Positions 20,949 through 29,385 of a stretch of DNA of 64,000 bases are shown one piece after another. Positions within the stretch are counted from its first letter, which is position 1; every line of letters begins with the position of its first letter. Under the pieces are notes generated by a model, which did no database searches, was not told the DNA's origin, and saw only the letters and a list, made by a program, of their open reading frames with translations. This DNA is from an uncultured Solirubrobacterales bacterium (GTDB lineage: Bacteria > Actinomycetota > Thermoleophilia > Solirubrobacterales > JBBDJG01), in contig CAVSXO010000021.1 of assembly GCA_963731895.1 (NCBI GenBank), forward strand, positions 4,796-68,795, given 5' to 3'. Position numbers and translations under genes: made by a program.

Positions 20949-21564
20949 GTGCGCTGGGTCATCGCCGTCCTCGCCGTGCTGATCATCGCGGCCGTCGCGA
21001 CGCAGCTGATCATCCCGCGCATGGCGGAGAACCAGACGGAGGACCGCCTCACGAAGGAAGGCGGCACCGCCGAGGTCAACATCGAGGCGGTGCCCGCCGT
21101 GCGCCTGCTGTTCGACGACGGGGACAAGCTCGAGGTGAAGGCCCAGGAGGTCGACATCCCGATCGATGACATCCAGGGCAAGTCGTTCAAGGAGTTCGAC
21201 GGGTTCAACGAGGTGGACGTGCGGCTCACTCTTTCCAAAGTTGGCCCGTTCTTCGCTGAAAACGTCACGATCGTCCGGGGAGAGGGAGAGGACCTGTACA
21301 GCCTTCACCTTCAGGGGGAGCACGTCCCCGGCCGACGTGAGTGATTTTGCGCTGGCGGGGTTGCCGCCGCTGCTGCGCTCGGCCCTCACCTCGCTGGCCG
21401 GCCGGGCGGGCTCGCGGGAGCTACCGATCCGGCTCGACGTGCAGCTTCGCAGCGACAAGGGAAGGGCGAGCGTGGTCGGCGGCACCGGCACGGTCGCGGG
21501 CCTCCCGCTGGGCGGCTTCGCGCTCGGCATCGCCGGCGCGATCATCAGCCGCGTGACCGGCTAG
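20949..21564 (+). CDS. Membrane-anchored hypothetical protein (LmeA/DUF2993-like), frameshift near 21305
   Basis: N-terminal TM helix; PAVRLL motif; the C-terminal half is in another frame. Confidence 0.55.
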
Positions 21565-22364
21565 CGCGAGACCGCCTCCCGGAACGGCGCGAAGTCCGGC
21601 GCGCGCTTCTCGGAGAACGCACGCACTCCCTCCTGCGCCTCCTCCGACTCCACGAACAGCCCCAGCCCCGAGAACGCGAGCTGCCCGAGGCCGGCCAGGT
21701 GCTCGGTGTCTGCGTTGAACGACTGTTTCAGAAAACGCAGCGCGGTGGGGGAGAGCGCGAGGATGTCGTCCGCCCACCTGCGCACCTCGGCCTGCAGGTC
21801 CCCGGCCGGCACGACCGCGTTCACGAGCCCCCAGCGTTCGGCTGTCGCCGCGTCGTAGCGGCGGCACAGGAACCAGATCTCCCGCGCGCGCTTCTCGCCC
21901 ACGACCCGCGCCAGGTAGCCGGTGCCGAAGCCCGCGTCGAAGGAGCCCACGCGCGGGCCGGTCTGGCCGAATACGGCGTTGTCCCCGGCGATCGTGAGAT
22001 CGCACAGCAGGTGCAGCACGTGCCCGCCGCCGATCGCGTAGCCGCCGACGGCCGCGATCACTGGCTTCGGGATCTCCCGGATCAGCCGGTGCAGGGACTC
22101 GACCTCGAACAGCCCGCTCTCGGACGGGCCGTAGTCGCCCGTCTCCGCGCGCTGTTTTTGGTCGCCGCCGGTGGAGAAAGCGCGGTCGCCCGCGCCGGTG
22201 AGGCAGACCACGCCCACCTCGCCATCGGCCCACGCGCGCTTGAAGCAGTGGATCAGCTCGTCGACGGTGCGTGCGCGAAACGCGTTCATGCGCTCCGGCC
22301 GGTTGATCGTGATCGTCGCGAGGCCGTCCTCGACCTCGTAAAGGACATCGGTCAGCTCATCCAT
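21561..22364 (-). CDS. BadI/MenB-like crotonase (2-ketocyclohexanecarboxyl-CoA hydrolase)
   Basis: FSTGGDQK, YAIGGGHVLH and GQTGPRVGSFDAGFG; next to a BadH-like SDR. Confidence 0.85.
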   Translation of the reverse strand: MDELTDVLYEVEDGLATITINRPERMNAFRARTVDELIHCFKRAWADGEVGVVCLTGAGDRAFSTGGDQKQRAETGDYGPSESGLFEVESLHRLIREIPKPVIAAVGGYAIGGGHVLHLLCDLTIAGDNAVFGQTGPRVGSFDAGFGTGYLARVVGEKRAREIWFLCRRYDAATAERWGLVNAVVPAGDLQAEVRRWADDILALSPTALRFLKQSFNADTEHLAGLGQLAFSGLGLFVESEEAQEGVRAFSEKRAPDFAPFREAVSR

Positions 22365-22397
22365 TCCAGCTCCCTTCGGCTCGGTTGCCGATGGAGC

Positions 22398-22793
22398 CTA
22401 CGAGCCTGCCTCCGCCGCGCGCTTGGCGGCCTTCTCCTCGAGGAACACGAGGCTCCGCGCGATCAGGCCGTCCTCGATCGTCCACACGTACCAGGCGTCC
22501 CACCACAGGTCCATCCCGCTCGAGCGTGCCTGCACGAAGTGACGCACCGAGACCAGCCATCCTTCGGGCACGCTCTCGATCGACTTCACCTCGACCGTTC
22601 CCGGCGTGAACAGGTCGCTGAACTGGTCGTGCAGCTCGCGCCGCAGCTCGTCGCGACCCTGCCACCGGTCTCCCTGGGGGAACCCGGACGGCATGCGCCA
22701 TTCGATGCCGGGCGCCACGTGTGCGAGGAACGCCTCCACGCCGTCCTCGTTCCAGGCGTCGACCGCGGTGCGGATTACCTGATCGTCGCTCAT
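22398..22793 (-). CDS. SnoaL/NTF2-like protein
   Basis: [26 protein letters not shown]. Confidence 0.8.
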   Translation of the reverse strand: MSDDQVIRTAVDAWNEDGVEAFLAHVAPGIEWRMPSGFPQGDRWQGRDELRRELHDQFSDLFTPGTVEVKSIESVPEGWLVSVRHFVQARSSGMDLWWDAWYVWTIEDGLIARSLVFLEEKAAKRAAEAGS

Positions 22794-23515
22794 GCCATCG
22801 TGAGCCCGCCGCTCACGCTCAGCGTCTGACCGGTGATGAAGCTCGCCCCGTCCGAGCACAGGAACGCGACGGCGGCGGCCACCTCGTCCGGGGTGCCGAG
22901 CCGCTTCATTGGCACCGCGCGCTTCATCGCCTCGATCGCCTTCGCCCCAGCCTCGTCCGCGCCGGTCATCTCCTCCAGCATCGGCGTCTCGGTCGGGCCC
23001 GGGCAGACCGCGTTGGCGGTCACACCGCCGCGGGCCACCTCACGCGCGAGCGTCTTCGTGAACGCGATCACGCCGCCCTTTGCGCCCGAATACACCGCTT
23101 CCAGCGAAGACCCCACGCGCCCGGCATCCGACGCGATGTTCACCACCCGGCCGAATCCGCGCTCCACCATGCCGGGCGCCACCGCGTGCGTCATCCGCAG
23201 GCAGCCCTTGAAGTTGACCTCGATCACGCGATCCCAGAACGCCTCGTCGGTCTCGAGGAAGGGACGGAACTCATCCCACCCCGCGTTGTTCACGAGCACG
23301 TCGATCGGGCCGAGCGCCGCCCGCACGCCCTCCACCGCGCTCTCCACGGAGCCCGAATCGGTCACATCGAGCGCCACTGCCACGCCGCCCTCGCCGACCG
23401 GCTCGGCCTCGCGGATGTCGCCGACCGCCACCACACAGCCCCCTCGCGCCAGCGCCTCCGCGCTCGCGCGGCCGATCCCCCTGCCTCCCCCGGTGACGAG
23501 CGCGACCCGCTTCAT
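22790..23515 (-). CDS. BadH-like SDR (2-hydroxycyclohexanecarboxyl-CoA dehydrogenase)
   Basis: [34 protein letters not shown] and LSVSGGLTM. Confidence 0.85.
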   Translation of the reverse strand: MKRVALVTGGGRGIGRASAEALARGGCVVAVGDIREAEPVGEGGVAVALDVTDSGSVESAVEGVRAALGPIDVLVNNAGWDEFRPFLETDEAFWDRVIEVNFKGCLRMTHAVAPGMVERGFGRVVNIASDAGRVGSSLEAVYSGAKGGVIAFTKTLAREVARGGVTANAVCPGPTETPMLEEMTGADEAGAKAIEAMKRAVPMKRLGTPDEVAAAVAFLCSDGASFITGQTLSVSGGLTMA

Positions 23516-23583
23516 TGCGCAATCCAATCACCTATCGCCCTCGCTGCCCAACGCTGATACCGTCGAGCTGAGGAGAAACGGCC

Positions 23584-24132
23584 GTGGGGATGCACCAGAT
23601 CAGGTTTCCGGTTCTGACCGTTCGCGAGACGGTGCAGCCCGCGCGCCTACCCGACGTCCGGAACGCCGCGCTATCGGAGATCGCCCGGATCGCCGAGGAC
23701 TTCCACACCCCGGACGACGACGTGCGGCCCTTCCTGCTGCTCGGCAACGACGAGGGGGTGCACTCGATCTCCCCGACGTTCCCCGAGGACGTGTCGCTCC
23801 CGTTCGACGAGCAGCTCTCGATGTTCATCGACCAGATCGGCCCGATGGTGCTGACCCAGAAGGAAGCCACCTGTGCTGCGTTCGTCGTGACCGTGTGGAC
23901 GGCTCCGGGCGGTGCCCGGGGGTCGGGCCCGCGCGCCAGCGACCGCCCCGACAAGCAGGAGGCGGTGACCGTGATGCTCGCCGACGCCCTCGGGGCCGAG
24001 GAGACGCTGATCGCCGCCGTCGACCGCCACCGTTTCAAGCCCGCGACGGTGGGCGAGTTCCGCGTGCTGAGCCACCGCGTCCAGCCGTCGGTCGCGGAGG
24101 CTTTCCGGCGCGGCTTTCTCGGCTTCGGCTAG
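23584..24132 (+). CDS. Hypothetical protein
   Basis: AGGAG SD; GC3-rich codon usage. Confidence 0.6.
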   Translation: MGMHQIRFPVLTVRETVQPARLPDVRNAALSEIARIAEDFHTPDDDVRPFLLLGNDEGVHSISPTFPEDVSLPFDEQLSMFIDQIGPMVLTQKEATCAAFVVTVWTAPGGARGSGPRASDRPDKQEAVTVMLADALGAEETLIAAVDRHRFKPATVGEFRVLSHRVQPSVAEAFRRGFLGFG

Positions 24133-24455
24133 GAGCGCGGGCGCTTGCGCCCCGGCCGCCCGATCGGGGAGGCGACCGCGGCGAGGTCCTTGCTGAGCTG
24201 CCAGAGGTCCATGTCGCCGACCAGCCGGCGCAGCTCTGTCTTCTCGTGCGAGGTGAGGTTGGCGGGCCGTCCCTTGGACTTGCGCACCAGCTCGACCGCG
24301 CGCCGGCGCGCCCGCGGGTTCACCCCGTCGAAGTGGCGGCGCGTGGTCGAGAGCGCCTCGGCGACCACGAACGCCCACATGAGCGGCACGGCCCGCCGTG
24401 TGGCACGGCGGCGCGCGAACCACTTTCCTGCCCGGTAGGGGATGTTGCCGGCCAT
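24129..24455 (-). CDS. Small basic hypothetical protein
   Basis: MAGNIPY...KSKGRPANLT..E..ELRRLV reads as a coherent helical protein. Confidence 0.6.
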   Translation of the reverse strand: MAGNIPYRAGKWFARRRATRRAVPLMWAFVVAEALSTTRRHFDGVNPRARRRAVELVRKSKGRPANLTSHEKTELRRLVGDMDLWQLSKDLAAVASPIGRPGRKRPRS

Positions 24456-24484
24456 GCTTGAGCCGTACCCCGCCGGCCGGCGTC

Positions 24485-25543
24485 CTACGCCTCGCTGAAG
24501 AGGCGCTCGCCTTCCTCGCGCGGCGCCTCGCGCTCGAGCCCCGACAGCCCGACACCGACCAGGCGCACCGGAGCGTCCATCTCCACCCGTCCGAGCAGCT
24601 CGCGGGCAAGCGGGGCGACGAGGGCCGCATCGCGGGTCGGCGCCTCCAGCGTCTGGGAGCGCGTGAACGTACGAAACGGCCGCAGTCGCACCTTCACCGT
24701 CACGGTCCGCCCCCGGTATCCGCTGCGCCCGAGTCCCTCGCACACGCGCGCGGCGAGCCGGTCCAGCGTCTCGTGCAGCACGTCGGTGTCGGAGACGTCC
24801 TGCGCGAAGGTGATCTCGGCGCTCTCGGACTTCGGCTGGCGCTCCGTCTCGACCGTGCGTTCGTCGACGCCGTTCGCGCGGGCCTGCAGCTCGGCGCCGA
24901 GCCGCGGTCCCACGGCGCGGCCGAGCACCGCCGGATCGGCGCCTGCGAGGTCGCCCACGGTCCGCACGCCCGCCTGCCTCAGCCGCTCCGCCGTCTTGGG
25001 GCCCACGCCGGGGATCAGGGCCGCCGGCCGGTCGCCGACGGCGTCCAGCATCCTCTCCGGCGTGAGCACGAAGAAGCCGTCCGGCTTGTCGAGGTCGGAC
25101 GCGATCTTTGCCAGCAGCTTGTTCGGCGCCAGCCCGATGGAGCACACGAGGCCGGTCTCCTCGCGGATCCGGTGCTTCACGCGCCGGCAGTCGCTCTTCG
25201 GGAACGTCGAGCCGGCCAGGTCCAGGTATGCCTCGTCCAGCCCCACGACCTCGACCCGGTCCACCTCCTCGCGCAGGACCCTCATCACCTGTCCCGACAC
25301 CTCGCGGTAGAGCTCCATGTCGCGCGGCACGAGCACCATGTCCGGGCAGCGCCGGTGCGCGGTCGCGAGCGGCAGCGCCGAGTGCACGCCGAACTTCCGC
25401 GCTTCATAGGACGCCGCCATCACGACGCCGCGCGCCCCCGGGTCGGTCCCGGTCGCGACCACCACCGGCTTGCCGCGCAGCTCCGGACGCCGTCGCACCT
25501 CGACCGCGACGAAGAACGCGTCCATGTCGACGTGGGCGATCAG
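24485..25543 (-). CDS. dinB: DNA polymerase IV (Y-family)
   Basis: IAHVDMDAFF, ASYEARKFGV, LDEAYLD, NKLLAKIASDLDKPDG and VRLVGV; start probably CTG overlapping the upstream TGA. Confidence 0.93.
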   Translation of the reverse strand: MIAHVDMDAFFVAVEVRRRPELRGKPVVVATGTDPGARGVVMAASYEARKFGVHSALPLATAHRRCPDMVLVPRDMELYREVSGQVMRVLREEVDRVEVVGLDEAYLDLAGSTFPKSDCRRVKHRIREETGLVCSIGLAPNKLLAKIASDLDKPDGFFVLTPERMLDAVGDRPAALIPGVGPKTAERLRQAGVRTVGDLAGADPAVLGRAVGPRLGAELQARANGVDERTVETERQPKSESAEITFAQDVSDTDVLHETLDRLAARVCEGLGRSGYRGRTVTVKVRLRPFRTFTRSQTLEAPTRDAALVAPLARELLGRVEMDAPVRLVGVGLSGLEREAPREEGERLFSEA

Positions 25544-26437
25544 GCGCCGGGCGTGGCAGCGGGGGCGCTCGCCCGCTCGGTGTTCTCGACGATCTCGTCG
25601 ATGAACCGTGGCCACAGGGCGGGCGGCAGGTCGTGCCCCATGCCGGGGATGGTGACCAGCTTCGATCCAGGGATTCCGGTCGCCGTGGCCTCGCCGCCGG
25701 ACAGGACGATCAGCGGGTCGTCCTCTCCGTGGATCACCAGTGTCGGCGCCTTGATGCCGGCGATCGCCTTGCCGCGGTCGCCCGAGGCGAGGATCGCGGC
25801 GAGCTGGCGGAAGAAGCCGTCCGGGTAGTGGGCAGCGGTCGTAGGAGGCGCCGATCAGCGCGCGCAGCTCGTCCTCGTCGGGCGGATAGGCGGGCGAGCC
25901 GATGAGCGTGAACAGGCTTGCCCCCGCGTCGACGTACCCCTCACGGTCGCTCGGTGTCGGCGTGATCAGCGCGGCAAAGACCTCGGGCTTCGGCTGCCCG
26001 GTCTCCTGGCTGCCGGTCGAGGACATGATCGACGTCAACGAGAGGACCCGGTCCGGGTGCCGGCACGCCAGCGTCTGCGCGATCATGCCGCCCATCGACA
26101 CGCCCACCACGTGCGCGGCGTCGACGTCGAGCGCGTCGAGCAGGCCGGCCGTGTCGTCGGCCATGTCGTCGAGCGTGTAGCTCGCGCTCGAGTAGTTGCC
26201 GGCCATCAGCTCGAGCGGGTTCGGCGGCGCGCCGCCCTCGATCTTCGTCGAGAGGCCGATGTCGCGGTTGTCGAACCGCACGACGTGGAAGCCGCGGTCG
26301 GCGAGCATGTTGCAGAAGCGCTCGTCCCAGCCCAGCATCTGCACCCCGAGCCCCATGATCAGCAGCACGGTGGGCTTCGACGGATCGCCAAAGCTCTCAT
26401 ACTCCAGCTCGATGCCGTTGGTCTGGGCGCGGGGCAT
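25540..26437 (-). CDS. Alpha/beta hydrolase (frameshift near 25830)
   Basis: LLIMGLG, FDNRDIGLS, GVSMGG, VIHGEDDPL and PGMGHDLP; the apparent fusion to DinB is a frameshift artefact. Confidence 0.85.
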
Positions 26438-26484
26438 CGCCGCGAAGACTACCGGGCGTGGGCGCCGGCTCCTGCCGCGCCGAG

Positions 26485-26660
26485 CGCGAGGCAGCGCCCG
26501 CCCCGCCGCGAGGCAGCGCCCGCGCCGTTCGCGCCGTACTACCGCCCGCGCTATCACCGCGGTGAGAGGCCCCTCCGCACCTGCTCCGCGCGGTATCGGT
26601 GCCACCGCCCGCGGTATCAGTGATATCGCCGGCGGTATAAGCGATAGCGCCGGCGGTAGG
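26485..26660. repeat. Intergenic imperfect 21-22 bp tandem repeat array
   Basis: GCGGTAT/GCGGTAG at 26590, 26611, 26632 and 26653, GCGCTAT at 26548; CGCGAGGCAGCGCCCGC at 26485 and 26507. Confidence 0.75.
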
Positions 26661-26706
26661 AGGGCCTGCGCCTTCCCTCCCTTTCCCCTCCGGGATATCG
26701 CGGGCG

Positions 26707-28266
26707 CTAGCGGATGCCGCGCGGCGAGGGGCTCGCCAGGGCGGGCTGCGCTCCCGCCTCCAGCCCGTAGATCTCGCCGTACTTCTCGGTCAGGTAGCGC
26801 ACGTACGGGCCGATCTCGATCGGGCGGCCGGTGGCGCGCTCCACGATCTCGGCCGAGTCGAGCTTGCGCCCGTGGCGGTGGACGTTGTCGCGCAGCCACT
26901 CACGCAGTGAACGGAGGTCGCCGCGCTCGATGCCCTCCTCGAGGCCGGGGATCGCCTCGTGCGCTGCCTCCCACAGCTGCCCGGCGATGATGTTGCCGAG
27001 CGAATAGGTCGGGAAGTAGCCGAACAGCCCCTCGGCCCAGTGCACGTCCTGCAGGACGCCTTCGGAGTCGGCCGGCACGTCGACGTCGAGGTACTCGCTC
27101 ATGCGCTCGTTCCATGCCTCGGGCAGGTCGGCGAGGTCGAGCCCGCCGCTGAAGATGGCGCGCTCGAGCTCGAACCGCACAAGCACGTGCAGGTCGTAGG
27201 TGAGCTCGTCCGCCTCGGTTCGCACCAGCGAGCCGTGGACCTTGTTGACCGCGCGGTAGAAGTCGTCGGGGCCGACGCCCTCCAGCTCCCTGGGAAACGT
27301 GTCGGCAACCACTCCGAAGAAGCACCGCCAGAACGGGCGGCTGCGCCCGACCAGGTTCTCCCATGTGCGGCTCTGCGACTCGTGCATGCCGTGCGAGACC
27401 GGGCGGCACAGCGGGGTGCGCATCGTGTCGCCGTTCACGCCGCTCTCGTACAGGCCGTGCCCCATCTCGTGCAGCGCGCAGAACACGGCGGTCGACAGGT
27501 TCTCGTCGCTGTAACGGGTCGTGATGCGCACATCGGTGGGGGAGAAGGCGGTCGCGAACGGGTGCGCGGTGTCGTCCAGGCGCCAGGTGCCGGGCGGGAT
27601 CGGCATCCGCTTCATGATCGCCAGCACGACCTCCCGCTGGCCTGCGACGTCGAAGCGGTTGAAGAGGAATGAGTCGTCGACTTCGCGGGAGCGCTCCAGC
27701 ACCGCGCCCGTGAGTGGCAGCAGCGCGTGCTTCAGCTCGCCGAGCAGGCGCTCCATGTCCGCCGTCTTCATCCCGGGCTCGAAGTCGTCGAGCAGCACGT
27801 CGTAGGGGTCCTCCACGTCGGGGAAGCAGTCCACGTAGCGCCGGCGCAGCTCGACGTTGTGCCGCAGGTGTGGCAGCAGCAGCCCATAGTCGTTGCGATC
27901 GCGTGCCTCCCGCCAGACGTGCTCGCCCGTCGACGTCGCGCGAGCGAGATCCGCCTCCAGGTCGGCCGGCACGCGCCGGGCCTTCTCGTGGTCGCGGCGC
28001 GCGACCCGGATCAGGCTGGCCTCGGTGGAGTCACGTGGCAGCGACTGTTCGTAGCTGCTCAGTTCGCTCAGGAGCCGGCCGACCTCATCGGCCGCCATCC
28101 GGCAGTGCTTGACGCGCACCAGCGTGGCGAACTGGTCCGCCCGCGCGGCGGCGCCACCGGGAGGCATCTTGGTGCGCTCGTCCCAGGTCAGCACTGCGGA
28201 CGCCCGGTCGAGGTTGTGGACCTCGGTCAGGCGTTCGCGCAGCTCGCGGTAGCTCGCCGGCTGCAT
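26707..28266 (-). CDS. Carboxypeptidase M32 (Taq family)
   Basis: HPF, DVRITTR, HEMGH, HESQS, RTEADE, GVLQDVHW and GYFPTYSLG. Confidence 0.95.
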   Translation of the reverse strand: MQPASYRELRERLTEVHNLDRASAVLTWDERTKMPPGGAAARADQFATLVRVKHCRMAADEVGRLLSELSSYEQSLPRDSTEASLIRVARRDHEKARRVPADLEADLARATSTGEHVWREARDRNDYGLLLPHLRHNVELRRRYVDCFPDVEDPYDVLLDDFEPGMKTADMERLLGELKHALLPLTGAVLERSREVDDSFLFNRFDVAGQREVVLAIMKRMPIPPGTWRLDDTAHPFATAFSPTDVRITTRYSDENLSTAVFCALHEMGHGLYESGVNGDTMRTPLCRPVSHGMHESQSRTWENLVGRSRPFWRCFFGVVADTFPRELEGVGPDDFYRAVNKVHGSLVRTEADELTYDLHVLVRFELERAIFSGGLDLADLPEAWNERMSEYLDVDVPADSEGVLQDVHWAEGLFGYFPTYSLGNIIAGQLWEAAHEAIPGLEEGIERGDLRSLREWLRDNVHRHGRKLDSAEIVERATGRPIEIGPYVRYLTEKYGEIYGLEAGAQPALASPSPRGIR

Positions 28267-28453
28267 ACAGCCACACATATCGGCCTTTTTACGCCGAAAC
28301 TTGCCCCACACAGTGTCAAATGGGTATCGCTTGTCATCGGTGCTGCGGTGAGGACGCGAATTCCCCGGGCGGCGGCTGCTGAAGCCGCCGCTCGGAGTAG
28401 GGGGCAGCGCCTACGGCCGGGATTGTCCGAGAGGCGCTGCAGACCAGGGCTTC

Positions 28454-28664
28454 CTAGCCCCGGTTAGCTTGATCAGCGAAGTGCATGTCGACCTCGAAGC
28501 CCGAGCCCGGCGACCCGCTCTGTCCCTTGCCGCGGGCCTCCACGAAGACGACGCCGGAATACGTGCGTTCGTGGAAGCCCGCGACGTCCAGGCCACCGCC
28601 GGAGGGGTGGCGGCCGTCTGGGATTGGACGGGACTTCTCCCGGAGGAAGCGGGGGACGGGTCAT
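28454..28664 (-). CDS. Putative 69-aa small protein (needs one-base correction just after ATG)
   Basis: AAAAGGAG SD 9 nt before ATG; the shifted frame reads VPRFLREKSRPIPDGRHPSGGGLDVAGFHERTYSGVVFVEARGKG...DQANRG* with a hairpin at the stop. Confidence 0.45.
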
Positions 28665-28750
28665 CGCTCGGAACTCCTTTTCGGACCACGGGCTGAGTAG
28701 ACCAGCAGAGCCCTAACGCCACGTGAGGGCCGCCTAAGAGTTGTGTAAGA

Positions 28751-28875
28751 AGGGCCTGTTGTCTCAATTGGAGTGCCCGGCGCCGGTCCCGTGGGACGCG
28801 CCCCTGCTGGACGTCGGATCTGGGCCGACGCTCGGGCACGGATGCCACTCAACCAGCGCAGATTGAGAGACCCCT
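28751..28875. ncRNA. Putative structured RNA or stem-loop element of unknown family
   Basis: Nested stems TCTCAAT/ATTGAGA, GTGCCCG/CGGGCAC, GTCC/GGAC and CGTCGG/CCGACG in an intergenic gap. Confidence 0.4.
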
Positions 28876-28921
28876 GTGATCCGCCTTAGAGGATGGTCAG
28901 AGCCGGGGCCGGTGCGACGGC

Positions 28922-29362
28922 TCAGGCCGGCTCGAGCAGCACCACGGGGATGTCGCGCTCGGTCCTGCGCTGATACGCCTCGTAGGGAGCGTAGACCGCC
29001 ACCAGTTTCGGCCAAAGGCGCTGCTTCTCCTCCGCCGTCGCCTGCCGCGCGACGACGTCGCGTCGCTCGGAGCCGATCTGCACGGTCGTGCGCGGACTCG
29101 CCTTCAGGTTGGGCCACCAGACGGGGTCGCGCCTCGCCCCTCCGAACGAGGCCACGATCACGACGTTGTCGCCATCGGCCATGTAGATCAGCGGGCTCGT
29201 GCGGTGCTTGCCGCTCTTGCGGCCGACGTGATCGACGAGCGCCACCGGCGCTCCCTTGTAGTTGCGGCCCACCCGGCCGCCGGTCGCGCGGTAGGCACGC
29301 ACGTGCATCTGGGTGAATTGTTGCCAGCCGCGGTAGCCGAGTCTGCGCAGCGCACGCTTCAT
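28922..29362 (-). CDS. Deazaflavin (F420H2)-dependent nitroreductase family oxidoreductase
   Basis: GRKSGKHRTSPL, VASFGG..PVWWPNLKASP and YQRRTERDIPVVLLEP. Confidence 0.9.
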   Translation of the reverse strand: MKRALRRLGYRGWQQFTQMHVRAYRATGGRVGRNYKGAPVALVDHVGRKSGKHRTSPLIYMADGDNVVIVASFGGARRDPVWWPNLKASPRTTVQIGSERRDVVARQATAEEKQRLWPKLVAVYAPYEAYQRRTERDIPVVLLEPA

Positions 29363-29385
29363 CGGCTGCGCAGTATCGCAGGACG

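Noticed and set aside
26548-26660. Possible CRISPR array or lambda-like operator
   Set aside because: The 21-bp period leaves no room for repeat plus spacer and there are no cas genes; resemblance to the lambda operator is probably chance.
24485-26899. 804-aa hydrolase-DinB fusion ORF
   Set aside because: A frameshift near 25830 joins the frames; the hydrolase C-terminus (VIHGEDDP..GHDLP) lies in another frame with its own stop at 25540.
28338-28891. RNase P RNA, tmRNA, SRP RNA or cobalamin/SAM riboswitch
   Set aside because: Signature sequences (GAGGAAAGTCC, tRNA-like ends, TCAGG..GGAAG..AGCAG, B12 box) were not found on either strand by eye.
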